From: Lama guanicoe
Lineage: Eukaryota
Assembly (NCBI GenBank): GCA_013239625.1
Contig: MU053482.1
Coordinates: 1,339,168-1,403,167, forward strand
DNA length: 64,000 nucleotides
Reading direction: 5' to 3'
Position numbers and translations under genes: made by a program. Positions 1-13,275 of this stretch are shown here, one piece after another (position 1 is the first letter of the stretch; each line of letters opens with the position of its first letter). The notes beneath the pieces were generated by a model that had not been told where the DNA came from, searched no databases, and was given only the letters and a program-made list of their open reading frames with translations.

Positions 1-3000
1 GTGGAATTGAAGGGTCAAAGGGTACGTGCACTGGAAATTTTGACAGATACAGAGGTTGTATGTCCAGCAGCAATATGTCAGAGCACCAGAAAATATTAAA
101 CTGAGCATGAAGGAGGAGTGAGGGAAGTCACGAAGTAAAATTGTGAACCAGTTTAGCATGTAGGATGGGCTGGGAAAGCCTGGGATGATGGGAGGTGCCC
201 GGTAGTTTTCACGTAGGAAAGAACCATAAAAAAAGCACTTTGACGGTTAGCGCAGCAGGAGTAATAAACAAAGGAAGCTGAGATTACAGAACAGTGATAA
301 GAACTTCATAAATATCACCCAGACTTGATGATGTGAGTCCCAGCAGTGGAACACGGGTGCCAAAAGGCTCTGCCCTTACGGGAGAGAAACAGACCTGTTA
401 AGAGAGGAGGTGGAGGCCCTGGAGGTAGAAAGTTCTAAAAGCAAGTTGAAGTGCCAAGCCTGAGGGTAGATGTGTTGGAAAATGACACCTCCCCGTGGAT
501 GGGGAGAATTCAAGGAGAATGTGCAGAGGTGCTGGGGGTGGGGGCCCACGTGGTCACACAGAGCAGAGGAGGAAGGTAGATGCACTTCTGATACAAATCC
601 CCAGACTGATGGAGGCAGACAAGGGCCAGTAATGGGAAGGGAGCAGCAATTTGAATAGCTGCTAAAAACTTCCTCCAGCTAAACACCTAAGTATGGGAAA
701 GGTTGGTTTTTTATTTTTTTAAAGTTTGTATGAGGTCTAGTCAGTTTCCAATATTGTATTAAGAAAGGTTGGTTTCTGTTTCTCCCCACCTTGTTGGTAG
801 TTTCGGCCCTGAATGCAGAGAAAGAAAAGCAGGAGAACTGCCACTCTAGCTCTGATGCTGAAGCAAGGGGGTAACTAGTTGATGAAGAAAAAGTGATGGG
901 TACCCAGAGAGAGAGTGGCCATTGTTGTTTTGAGAGCTCATGACAGCAAGGGAGGGGAAAACTCAGCATAGTCAGACATGCTCCCTAGACTTCAGTAAAT
1001 CATACTTTGAAAGGTCAGAAATAAAATAGAAGAGATGCCTCAAGAATACTGAACTACTTACGAATAGAATTCTGGCCATGTAATCTCACAAGTAATACCA
1101 ATAAAAAGGAAAAGCTTAGAGGCACCTTGAGAGAAGCTAGTTTTCGAAGGGGCTTGTACAAAAGATAGAAAGGACAGATCAGAGTGCACCTTCATGGGCA
1201 GCACCAGGAAGGGCAAGCCCCACACAGAAGGACAATGCTGAGGACAATGGAAAGTTATGTTCTCAGGAAGCTCAAAGAAAGAATGGGCTTGGTTCCACTG
1301 ATGCCTCTGACAAGGGCATAGAACTCAGGACAGCCGTCCCTAAACTGCTCGCTGTAAGTGAAATTTAAGGAATCAGGAATCAAGCAAGTTTGAAAAACTG
1401 GAAGTAACTGTTTTCTTCTTCATCTTCGTTCTCCTCCCCTTTCTCTTCTCCTTTCTCCTTCCCTTCCTCCTCCTTCCTCTTACTCTTCACACAGAAAGTT
1501 AAAAAGGTTTTATAAAGTTTGGTCTTTTGAGTTCGAGGTCAACCCAACGATGGCTTATGAGGAGCTAGAAGACAAAATAGAGGTCTCTGTCCATTAAGAG
1601 TGCGTTACATCCTATCGACCTCATTGGTTTAACTGGGAACGCATCTTGTGGTGGTCGACCTGGTAAACCCGCACTTCAGCAAGGCATTGCAAAACCACTG
1701 CTTGGGATAGTCTTGTGTGGATAAGACAGAGGAATATAGGGCGAGTGCTAAAATAGGCATATGCTACCCAAATGGTAATGAATAGTACCTTAATACTACC
1801 TCTAGGAAGGTATTTTGTAGAGGGTCACGTCATCTGCCCATAGCCCTCTTGTCTGATGAGCATTTTCAGTCCACCATTTGAAGGCTGATATATAAGGACT
1901 TGAAGTTGTGAAGACAGGAAGCCAAGGACAAACTAAATGGAGCACTTGACGTTGGGATTCTTAAAGACCTACCTACACAGACTGGAGCGATAGATAAGGT
2001 GGCAGAAAGAGAGTCCAAGAGGGGCCAGAAGAACGTCAGTAGTGCAGAATTGCTGAAGGTGAGGAGCTGAACACGTCAGAAGGGAGCCACACAGCTCGAG
2101 GGCAGAGAACACACACGTGGATGTGACCAGGAGGGGGCCGCTGAGGAAGAGGTGGTGCCCCTTGTGTGGTGGAGGCAGAGCTCCCTGGAGACTGAGGGCG
2201 GGAATGAGGTGGTGAAAATCAGGGTCAGTGGGTCCAGACTCCTCATTTGAGAGATGTAATGACGGAGGGACCAAGACAAGGGAGAGGGCAGTGGAGTTCT
2301 TGAAACTTACATAAGAGAAAGAAGAGCAAGTTTGAAGACTGGAAGGGCCATGGGCCAGGAGAGACCAAAGATTCTGGAGGAGAGTGGCCAGTGAGGTGAG
2401 CACCCTGGGGGATGTGGAGTCACTGAGCTTTCATTGTCATCGATCAGTGTCACGTGGGCCTTAACTGTGCCCTATGACCTTGAGGTATTTTCTGTTGCTC
2501 TCCCAGTTTCTCTCGTTCATTTCTTGTGAATCAAATGCTTGGTTACGACAGGCAAAGCAGTGGGGGAAAGTGAACTCACATTTATCAAGGGCCTCAGTGT
2601 GCCAGGTCCCATGCCAGGTACTTACTAAGTCTCAGTCAATTCAGTGAAGACAGTGGCAGACTGGATGAAAGCCAGGTCTGCAGGGGTTCGAAGCCTGTTC
2701 ACGTTTCACCGCATCCCACTGTGACTCGTCAGAGCTTCGACACTGGTCAGAGGCTGAGTCTTCCTTTTTGAGAAGATGAAGGCTGATCGTTACCTTGAGG
2801 GATTGCTTTTGACTCCATCCTTAATAAACCTTCATTCTTCCTTCTGCCCCAGTGTTCTTGATTAGATGGTTAGATGTTTAAAAAAAAACAACCTCAATGC
2901 TGGTTAATTTCCAGCATTGCTTTTATCCACAGCTAACTTTTTTCTTCCCATGCCTCATAGAGACTGTTCTAAATTTGGACCCCCTTTTGCTTCACTGCTG

Positions 3001-5071
3001 TGTCCTTTTTAGCAGGCAACTTGGCTGCCTCCTTTACAGAGAAGAACAAGACCATCGGGGAAGATCTCCCTCGATGTCCTGTTTCTTATCTGGAAACCTA
3101 CCTGGACCCCCACCTTGCTTTCCCTTTGTGCTTAGCTAATCCCTCCACCTGGGACTGCCAATTCCAGCTCCTCTCCTCCCTCTTTAATGCCTCCCTCTCC
3201 ACTTTCTCAGTCCTCATAGGTAATCCTATGGCTCTACCTGCTGAACGATCAAAGCACCAAAAGACTTTGAGACTTCTTAGGAGAAAAATCAGGAACAGAA
3301 TGAACATAGGCGGTCTCCCTGTCATGGCCAAGTTCATGGGCAGCAGAGACAGGGCGAGACTGTGACTCCTAATGGCTGAGGCCAGTCAGGCAGGAATCCT
3401 CTGCCCTTGTTAGGCATCTGAGTTCAGGCAGCAAGGGGTTCACAACCCTAGGGCACATAAAGCAAAGGGCAAGTGACAGCCCAGTGTCTGCAGGTGAGAA
3501 GTCAGAGCGTGGGTGTGGTCCCAGCCTGTTGGTAAGTGTCCCACCAGGGTTCAGGGACCAGCAACAGCGGAGCTGGGTAGAGGTCTGGGGTCCAGCATAC
3601 TTACTCAGGCCCGCAAGGGTCACCTTGATTTCTCAACCCAATCCTGCAGTCTTGGTAAGGAAATGCCTCTAGGCTAAGTTGGGAGAGCTGCTGGGAGGCT
3701 AGGGGCCCACTTATGACAGCGATGACTGCATTCATTGTAGCTCTCAAGTGGCATCCCTGGAGAGTAGAGCAGGCTGGCCTAGGGGCCTCAGCCCAGTCCC
3801 CTCTCAGCCCCAAGCTGCCACCCAGACCCTTGGGTCCGTCTGCCACCCAGGACAACAAGATGATGGGGGAGGAGCTCTTCTTTTTTTAGGAAACACTGTT
3901 TCTCTTGCAGATGGAAAACCTCTTTCTAGCATGGTTTCCAGTACCAGATATGGGTGTTCAGAATACCAGTAAAGGGGGGCAGGGAGGGGCTAAACGCTTG
4001 AATTGGCTGCCACCCCACCCACCCTAGGCTCTGTTTGGCTCTATGGCCAACTGTCTCCTTAACTCTGTATACCTTCCCCATAGGATGCTCAGCCCTCCCC
4101 GCCTCTTGGGCTTGTTGCTGCCATGAGTGGCACCGTCATCCACTCTGTTCCCCATGCCCGTCACTCCTCGTCTCCTCTACTCCCACACCCAGGCAAAGGG
4201 TCTAGAACATGCCTACTTGACATTGCTTAGGCTCGTCTCATCCCTTCCTCTTGACCTAGGCAGAAGCAGTCACTCACTACTCCCTGAAAGCCCCGTGGTC
4301 CTCTCAGCAGAGCATTTACAGCTCTTTGTGATTATTTGTGTCTCTCTCCCCACTCACCTGTGAGCGCCATTGCTTCCTGTGGCCTTGGGTCCCTGCAGAA
4401 TTGACGCTAAATGTCTGCAGAGTAGTTAAAGGAAAGCCCAATAGGGCTGCTAGTGCAAGGGTCAGAATTGAGTAGGTATGGATTCCAAGGGTTGCGGATT
4501 TTCCGAAGTTGCCCTGAAAGACCAAAATGTTCTTGAGGCTGCGAAGGAGTCAGGTTTGGAGTGGGAAGCGAAGGAGTAAGATTTGGCATCGGGTACGAGG
4601 AAGAGCTTGGGGTTGGGGACATATAAGCATGCATGAGTGTGTTGTGCGCCGTCTGTCCCCTGTGCACAGCGTGTTTGGGGACAGAATTGGCAGGTGTAGC
4701 ATGGGCTTGGGTAGAAGGGAAGTGTCCATGTGAACCGTTTAAACCTGTCTCTGCCGTTGAGAGACTCTGAGCTTCAGATATTGACGTGCAAGGATTGCCC
4801 CCAGTATGGCACGAAGGAGCAGCCAGGGGGCTGTTCAAACTGCAAGACAGGCCCACAGATGGGGCAGAACTCGGGAAAGATGCCACGTCTTTTGGTTCCT
4901 GTGAAGAAAGCAGGTGGTCACAGACAGCAACTGCTGGGTGCTGCCCACTCCTCGCCCGCTGCCCCTCTGCACGCGTCCGTCCTTCTGTCCATGCTGCCCT
5001 CCTGAGGAGTGCTGTGCCTGAGAGCTGACTGACCCTGAGTGCTTTTTTCTCCTTTCTCTCCCTCCCTACAG

Positions 5072-5320
5072 TCGGTTCTGAATGTGATCAGTGAGCTGCA
5101 GGAGCAGATGTGTAGGCTGCAGCTGGACATCCACAGGCAGATTCAAGAGCGCCTCTCCCTCAGTAGGGACCGCCCCGAGGAGGAGGCCGCAGCCCCGCCC
5201 CAGGCCCGCAGCCGGCACTGTGCCTGTTGGGAGGGGTCCCCTGTAGGAAGCACGCTTAAGTATATCAGCGCATGCGTGTGTGGGGTGGTTCACTGGCGGA
5301 GGGGCTGGGCTTTCTCCTAA
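5072..5320 (+). CDS. PPFIBP2: Candidate PPFIBP2 alternative (probably terminal) exon, SVLNVISELQEQMCRLQLDIHRQIQERL...stop
   Basis: Long pyrimidine tract and CAG acceptor (AG 5070-5071); phase 0 like the 8501 exon; heptad-like peptide; TAA 5318-5320; ATTAAA 5601 and AATAAA 5635 downstream. Confidence 0.6.
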   Translation, partial: SVLNVISELQEQMCRLQLDIHRQIQERLSLSRDRPEEEAAAPPQARSRHCACWEGSPVGSTLKYISACVCGVVHWRRGWAFS

Positions 5321-6649
5321 CCAGGACAGTGTGCGGTGGCTTAACACGGGGCTGTGGTTCCCCCTGGGCAGAGCTCGGGACTCACTCTCCACCAGACGTG
5401 AGCTGAGCTCTGTGACCCTCACCAGAGCAGGATCTAAGCTGGTGAGGCCAACCCTCTGGCGGGTGGCAGCTCTCCCCTCCCTCAGGACTGGGAATGAGGT
5501 GTGTCAGGTGCCTGAGTGTTGGGGCACTGGGGCGAAAGGAAGCTTCAGGATTCCCCTTCCCAGGTATGACCCAGACCCTTTCTTTCTTCTGGGCTGGGAG
5601 ATTAAATGAAGTTTCATTCCATGTGATTTTAAAGAATAAATAAATATATAAAAATTTTTTTTAATTTAGGAAAAGAACAGCATCATGAAAGAATCATTTC
5701 AAGCTCATTTTTAAAGAGATTTATCCCCAGTGAGGAAATAGAACACAGGTTTCCATAGGTTGTGACAATTGTCATAATCTGGATTTCCCGGAAAAGTTCT
5801 CCCACATCGTCACATAGCTGCCATCACACAGGACCTGGGGACACCATTGTGAGGGATTTCATGACACCTCAGGGCCCTTCGCACTGGTGTCACCAGGTCC
5901 TACATGGTGGCGGCTGCACAGCGATGAGCCTGTGTCTCCAAGGCCCACTATTGAAGCCTAAGGGAAGGTCAAGGTTACAGTACTCATGTCCATAGGAAGT
6001 TGCTGGACTGGGGAGCATGTTGAAAATCTCTATCCAGACTTGGGCGTGAGGGGAGAGGCTCGATGGGTGGGAAACATGAGTCAGGATGTAGGTGTAGATT
6101 TGGAAAGGGAAGCTCTGAGAGGGTGCTGGGCGTGCCCCACGGCGAGTGGGTCACCCCAGAGAGACTCGTAAAAGAAGTTACAGTGTGCTCCTGTGTTTAT
6201 AGCCCACAGTGGGCAGCAGATAGTTCAGAAGGCAGAGGATACGCCCAAGGGGTTACAGGCGCCTGGAGATCATCGTGCTCTGTCTGTGTCCCCACAGTGG
6301 CAGCTTCTCCACAGTAACCTGCACACTTTAGGTTCTGCCATCAGCAGGCCTGGTGTCCCCTCAGGCAGGGCCAGAAGTGTTCTCAGAAAATGATCCTAGG
6401 TCTGCTGTAAGTCACGATAGGCCTTAAAGTCTAATGTTGCAGGTCATGGAGGCAATAATCTTAGCTCAGAAGACTTTTTTTTTTTTTAAAAAAGGCATCA
6501 ACAAATGTTCACCTTAGCTCTAAGAAAATCTTAGTGAATATCCCTACAAAATTCAAGTGTAAGCGATGTAACTTTCTTGTGGATTGTCTCAGAATGCAAA
6601 AAGTTCCAGGCGAGTGAAATGATGGCTTGAATTTCATGCGTTCATTTAG

Positions 6650-7480
6650 CAGGAGATAATGCATACCTACTATGTGCCAGAGGTTAGCAAGACTCAGAGT
6701 TCACAGTAGAGGAGAAGTAGCCCTTAGCAGTCATGCCATTAAACGTTTAATTGCAAATGATGTAGGAGATAATGCAGGATGTCACAAGAGAGGATGACAG
6801 GGATGAGGTGCGGGGGTTGGGATAACAGCTCCGGGAGGCCTGAAGGATGGGCAGGGATCCCAGACAGAGCGAGCGGCGTGTGTGAAAGTCCAAGTCAGAA
6901 AGAGGAACCAAAAAGTATGTGGTCTGGCTGGAGCCTAACTGGGGAGAAACAGTAATAAATAGGCAGGCAAGGTGCTGGGCCAGGCCAGCCTGTGTTGGTC
7001 ATGGGTTAAAGTTTATGAGCTTTGAGGAGCAGGGGAGGGGCCAGCGTCAGATTTGTGTTTTAGTCGTATTGTTTCCCTGGATGCCATGGGGGTCAGTGGA
7101 TTCAAGAAGAGCAAGACAGCAGAGGACCAACCAGTGGAAAGACTGTCCAGGCTGTTAACACGAACCGCTCAATCGGACGAGTGCTGGTTGAGTTGGAAAG
7201 AAATGAGAGAGTGAAGTGATTTCCTTGGCGGTGGAATGAACAAGGCTTGGGGTTAACTTTCATATGTAAGGGTGGCAGAGGAGGAGGAGATGAATGGGCC
7301 AGAGCCCAGGTTCCTGGCGCAGCTGCCTACGTGGGTGGAGATGCCCTTCAGCGAGGCAGGGGTGTCTCAGAGCGGGCGCTGAGAGTTCCACTTGGGCCAT
7401 GACGGTCGTAAGATGCCTACGTGCCATCCACGTAGAGATGCTCAGTGGGAAGTTTGTGCTGTGAGTCTGGAGTTCAGAAA
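6650..7480 (-). mobile_element. Old LINE2 fragments (approximate bounds)
   Basis: L2-like motifs such as cctactatgtgccag and gtctggagttcaga; highly degenerate. Confidence 0.45.
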
Positions 7481-8500
7481 GCCTATGAAAGTAATCACAT
7501 TTGTACTAATTTTTCTGTTAGAAACCAGTCAGCAGGACTGTTTGTCCATTAAGGGAACCTAGATTTGGGACAAAGGTGGCCGAGTGGTGTCATCTTTACT
7601 GAGGGGTTACTTTAAAAAGCAGGGGTCCTGGGGTCAGAAAATAAGGCCTGATTTTCCAGGTCCCCCATGGGCAAGTTGTTGGAATGTGCCTTCCTTACTC
7701 AGCAACCTTCACGTGGCTCCCTACTGTCTAGAGAATGGTATCAAAACTCATTATATTCTTATCCCAAAGCCTTTACCATGTGTCCCTCCTTACTCTCCAG
7801 GCCTCATTTCCCACAAAATGCTGCCCATCATCTGCTCTCGCCCAGCAGGCTATATCTCCCTTTGTGCCTCCTGTCTTTGCCTTGTTCCTAGACACCTCCG
7901 CCCTCCCTCCTTTCTTTCAGGCCAGCCCCCTCCTCTGAACTGGAACACCCCAACCGGCCTTGACATCTCACACTCAGCATTTGTCCTTTTGGTGTCTTGT
8001 GTCAATCCTCCTGGCTGTCACTTCCTCTGTGAAGCCTTTCAGGATCACCAACCCCTCCTCTGGGTTCCTCCGCCCCCAGCAAGAGAGATGCCCCCAGTTG
8101 GCCTGCTTCTCCCTACCTTGTTTGGAAGAAGCTGCCTCGTTTCTGCATCTGTTTCTCTTGCTCCCAAATCCTGCCTGCCCTGCCCCCTACCCACCCACAC
8201 GGGGGTGATTTGGGCACACCCTGCAGGGAATGCTGATGTCAGAAAGGGGTGAGCAGAATGGGTTCTGAAAAGAAGAAAGTTGTCTCTGTCTTCTGTCTGG
8301 AACTCCCTGGCCTTTGTTTTTTAATGGCCATACAGCTTTTCCTGAAACAAAGACCGTGTTTAAAGATGGGAGCTGCAGTGTGGGCATGACACAGTTGCTC
8401 CTGCCTTGGCATCCTCTGCATGAGCTTAACCAGGGTTAGAGCCAGGGAACAGCCTGCTCTTTAATCATCAGAGCTTTGTCTTTCTTCCTCACCCCTCTAG

Positions 8501-8593
8501 GAGTTACTGCAAGAGCTCCGGCACCTCAAAATCAAGGTGGAAGAGCTGGAAAATGAACGGAATCAGTATGAGTGGAAACTGAAAGCCACCAAG
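8501..8593 (+). CDS. PPFIBP2: Liprin-beta2 exon, ELLQELRHLKIKVEELENERNQYEWKLKATK (coiled coil)
   Basis: tag| ... |gtaaaa, 93 nt, phase 0-0; recognisable liprin-beta2 peptide. Confidence 0.95.
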
Positions 8594-9894
8594 GTAAAAG
8601 GCGGTTCTGATGTTTAATGGAGAGGCACGGGGGCCCAGTGGGGAGGGTCCGTGTCCAAGCTCGGGCTTTGCAGTAGCCGAAGCTTGAGAAATGAGAGCTG
8701 ACCCCACTGTGGGCACACGCAACAGTGCCCAGGTTGTGCAGGCAGACAGATTTGATCCAGCAGGGCTCTTCTCACAGGGAAAGCCCATGAGATTGTGAGC
8801 TACTGAAATCACTTGAGTTTCCTTCCACTCTCCATGTCCCAAAGCGCCTCAGGCTGGTGCTGGGTGGAGCCAGGGGCTCTGTGAGGGAGTGATGAGTCCT
8901 GGGGCAGTTGAATGCCAACATTATCTTGGCTGCATCATTTTAAATCCAGCAGTCCCTCTAATCATCAAGTTCTAAAAAGAGGCATGCATTATTTTTAGCA
9001 ATTTCTAAAAAGATGATACATACTTTTGGTTTTTAAAAAACCAAATCATGTTTCTGTCGAACTGGGGAGCTTGCTATTTAAAGGACACCAACGATAGTTT
9101 CTTCTGTGAAGTAAATTTTTTCTTTCCCTCCTTTGTTTCTTCCTTCATTTCCTGTAGTAGTTGAGATGGATGGATTCAGCCTATACATTTGTTGTTTTGG
9201 CCAGAACATTGTATTTAAAAAATGTCAAATAAGCTGTCACTTAAGCATGAGGAAGTTTCACATTAAAATACAGAATTAGAGTTCTCTGGGGATGGGGGTG
9301 GGGTGTGCTAGGGTTGGGGAAGGGAAGTTCTAAAACCCTGAGGCAGCTTTCCTGCCTGAGGAGCTGGCCCGGGCTGCCTTGGATGGGTGCACGCCTGCCT
9401 TTCCGCTAAGGGTTCTGCAGCGCCCCCCGCGGGTTACTGGATGGCCTCGGCGGTGGGCATTTCATCTTACAATTTTCTCAACTTCTAGTTTGTACTTTCA
9501 GTTTTATTTTCTCTGTAACTTTTAATAATGATAAAAACAATAATACTCATTACAGATCATTTTAAACCACAAAAAATTAAAGAAATAAAAATCACTTATA
9601 CACCACCCAGGAGCTACCACTATTAATATTTCCTTCCAGGCATTTCTCTCTTCAGATCTCTCTCTCTCTCTCTCTTAATTTTTAGTGTTGATAATTTATA
9701 CACAATTTTATACCATGCTAGTAAAAGGAAACTCTGAACATGTTGTATAAATGTAAAATAATTTTCTTAACCATTATACAGATGAGGAAACTGAGGCACA
9801 GAGTAGTTAGGTAACTTTCCCAAGATTTTACAGCTAGTCAGCACCAGCCCTAGGCAATCTGCTTGTTCATCTGTAGCTCTGTTTTTATCTAAGG

Positions 9895-10533
9895 TGTTGC
9901 TGGCATTAGGTTCTTGACTCCTCCCAGAAAGAATTCAGAGACGAGACACAGAGGTCAAGAAAGTAAAGCGAGGATTTATTAAGTGATAGTTCGCTCTCAA
10001 GGGGAGAGCAGACAGGCTCAGGTGAGCAGCTTCCCTGAGTTTCTTTGGCAAGATGCTTACATAGGCTGTAAAAATGAATGGGTGGAATATTCACTGGGGA
10101 GGGAAGGGTTTGGGGTCATACTCCCTGATTTTCATCCCAACACCCCTACCCAAGGGGAGGAAGGATTTTTGTCCTTATTTACTCTGGATTGGAAGTGTCA
10201 TGGCATCGGTGCATGATGGGTACTTCTGATCTGCAAGGCTAATTCTGTTGAAATGAGGGCGTAATGAGCAAAAGGTTACATTTGGACACTGGGGATTTCT
10301 GCCTTTTTCCACTTTTCTTTATCTGCCTCCAGGTCACTTATCACCCCCAAATGTGTGATTTCTTACCGGTCCAAAAGTTCCTGCTTGCTTCTATCTGCCC
10401 AAGGACCCCTGTTGTTTATATCATGTATGGTTTCCTGTATTTGGCCTGTGTCCCTCCTTTTTTGCCCAGTTCCTGCCATTTGGCCTGGGTCCCCCTTTCT
10501 CTGCTCATACCTAGCTACCTGCCTGCTCTAGCA
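9895..10533 (-). mobile_element. Solo ERV LTR (~640 bp)
   Basis: TG...CA termini; minus-strand AATAAA (tttatt 9975-9980); decayed TATA-like box near 10060; short U3 repeats (ttggcctg..tccc twice). Confidence 0.7.
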
Positions 10534-12752
10534 CAAGAGTGCCCTTGTGGATTGTTTCACAGTGCCCAGGTCTAGGATGACTCTTTCTCAAATAGCTCAG
10601 GACCTTCCATCACTGTGATCCCCTCAAGCGACTCCTTTGAAGTTGTTCACACCACCTTCTCTTACAAAACCAAACAACGCTTTTAAATCACCTAAGTACT
10701 TGGCCTTGGCTTGTAGACCTTTGAGACGCGACAGGTTATGCAGTAACGACCAGGTCTGGAGCCCCTCGTGTATGCTGGAATGGATAAAGCCCTTTGCCCA
10801 GAGGTTCTCATTCGGTCCATACAATAACCCAGGGAGACCTGTCGGTTGATTATCTTCATTTGACTGGTAAGGAAACTGAGGCTCAAAGTAGGCAAGGTGA
10901 GGTTCGGATCTGGATCTATGTCATTCCAAAACTCACTCTCTTTCCCCTCTTCATCCTAATTCCCTGCAGTAAAAACCTGCCCTGTTTTGAAAGTTATTCA
11001 GTTTCCTGTGTAAAGCTTCTCGGTCCCTAAATGTGACTTACCTTTCAGTGCAGCGGCAGTAGGGCATGCTCCTGGGCTTAAGAAGGCCCAGCACTTGTAG
11101 GGGGGCAGAGCGCCTGTCTCTTCTTTGTCCCAGACCTCTTGCCACGTGGCTGGAGCCTCAGTGGCCATGGCAATAGCATACTTTGCCCTGGGTTCCCTCT
11201 GGGCTATTGTCAATTTAGACTTCCCGGCTTGGGGCAGATGCCTCTATAAGCCTAACAGAGCACCTGCTGTTTCTGGCCTACTCTGTGGAAATTGCATTCA
11301 GGAAGTTGGGCCCAGTTACTTGATCTGCAGAGTTTTGAATAAATGACCTCACCCAGAGGCTGGCCTCAGAGTAGGTGCTCAGTCCATGTGTCCTGAAACC
11401 GGACACAGGCCTGTTTGCTGGTAGAGTCAACAACAGAACCAGTGCTCATTTGGTTACTTGAGCTGTTCCAAGATTATCTTGGGAAAGGACCAGCCCGTAC
11501 CATAACCTTGAGGAATAAAGGTGGGATGTGATTGGGCTACCACATGGGGAGATGGTGCCCAGAGTAGAAGCTTCTATGTGTTCTGTTGATTGGCTGGGAG
11601 TCCATTCTCACCTCCCTTGCTTAGTCTGGTTTGATGCTCAAAGACCTGGCTAGTTATCTGTAGGGAGGGAACAGGGGGAGAACAACAATAGTAAATAGTA
11701 AATAAAATTTATTGAGAACTGTCTATCTGCTGAGTGTTAGGCCAAGTTGTCCGTAACCATTATCATGTTTAATCCTCACTCCAGCCCCATGGGGTAAGTG
11801 CTATTTTCCTGGTTCTATAGATGAGCCAAGGCTCCATTTAACTCACCTCCCCAAAGTCACCTAACTAGGAAATGAGAGAATCCAAGTTTGTTGGACTCCA
11901 AAGCCAGTGTGAGTGTGCCTCCTGGGATGTGACGTCCACAGTGCTGAGTATGGGGAAGGCATGGGCAGCCACAGCTACTGTTAGGTGTGAGATTTACTCT
12001 GCTAGACTTAGTAGACACTTGGGAACCACACATCGCAGCTGCCCCGTGAATGTGTTTATGCACCTGTGTTGTGCTTACGTGCCTGATTTGTGAAAGTATG
12101 CACACTCTGCACACCTGAATGGACGTCTGTAATTACACTGGGGTAAAGGAGCACAGGTGTCTGAGGCTGGGCAGAGGCAGTGGCTGTGCATTCAGGGTGG
12201 GAGAGTTTGAGGGAGGGAACTCTGGGCTCACTCTTTGTCTCCTAGTAGTGATTTGACTTCTGCTTTATTTCCTGGATGAGGTGGAAAAATGAAAGTTGTG
12301 TGTTCTTGTGACAATGCTGCACGGACATGCTGTTGCAGGACTATCTTGGGGGAAGGAAGAACCTGTCCAGAAAGCAAATATCCATCTTTGGACCAAGGGC
12401 AGCCCTCCCATTGCACATAATCCCACCTCCTCAGGCTTCAGTGGTGTTTGGGCTACAGAAGGCAGAGGAGGGAACGCGCCTGGTCAAGTAGGAGGAGGCA
12501 GGAGAGAGAGCAGGTGGATGGCCAGAGCCTTGGGCATGGCCAGAATGGCCAGGAAGAGTGCGTTCATTGGACAGAGCTCTGCTTTGTGGGGACGGCAGTG
12601 AGACCTCTTAACAGCTCACCTCACTTCTGGCACTTTGCTCCTAACTTCCTAACATGTCCTGGGGCCCACTGGCCCTGGGCTCCGACTTGAGGTACTTCGT
12701 CGTGGTCTGGTTGTCCCTCTGAGCTGATCCGGCTCCTCTGTTGCTCTTCCAG

Positions 12753-12864
12753 GCTGAGGTAGCCCAGCTGCAAGAACAGGTGGCCTTGAAGGATGCAGAA
12801 ATCGAGCGTCTGCACAGCCAGCTGTCCCGGACCACAGCTCTCCACAATGACCATGCAGAGAAAG
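12753..12864 (+). CDS. PPFIBP2: Liprin-beta2 exon, AEVAQLQEQVALKDAEIERLHSQLSRTTALHNDHAEK
   Basis: cag| ... |gtaact, 112 nt, phase 0-1. Confidence 0.95.
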
Positions 12865-13039
12865 GTAACTGGCTCGACTGTGACCGAATGCAGTTGCCCC
12901 TGGGCCCTCTCTTGTAAGAGGGCATGTGTGTCTCTGGGTGTGTGTGTGTATGGCTGTGTGCAGCATGCGTGTACGAATAAGTCCGTGTGAATGGATGTGT
13001 GCAGTACATTTTAATTGTGAAACACACACAAAGGGATAA

Positions 13040-13275
13040 GGCACTATAATAGTGGATTCATATCATTATACATTTGTTCAAATCCACGGAATGTACAAAA
13101 CCAAGAGTGAACCCTAATGTTGGTTCATCAGTTGAAACAAATGTACCATTAGGTACTAAATGTTGATAGAGAGGTGGCACTTGTGTAGGGGTAGCAGGTA
13201 TACGGGAACTCTCTGTAAGTCCCCTCAATTTTAGTGCAAACCTAAAGCTGCCCTAAAATACAAAGTTTATTAAGA
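13040..13275 (+). mobile_element. Old L1 (L1MC-like) 3' fragment
   Basis: cattatacatttgt..caaa...gtgaaccctaatg...ggaactctctgta...aaagtttatt pattern typical of old L1 3' UTRs. Confidence 0.6.

Noticed and set aside
600..2050. Possible CR1/L3 LINE remnants
   Set aside because: Only faint motifs (e.g. ttcagcaaggcatt); too degenerate to delimit by eye
7584..8252. 222-aa intronic ORF
   Set aside because: Non-ATG start, no recognisable protein features, pyrimidine-rich intronic sequence
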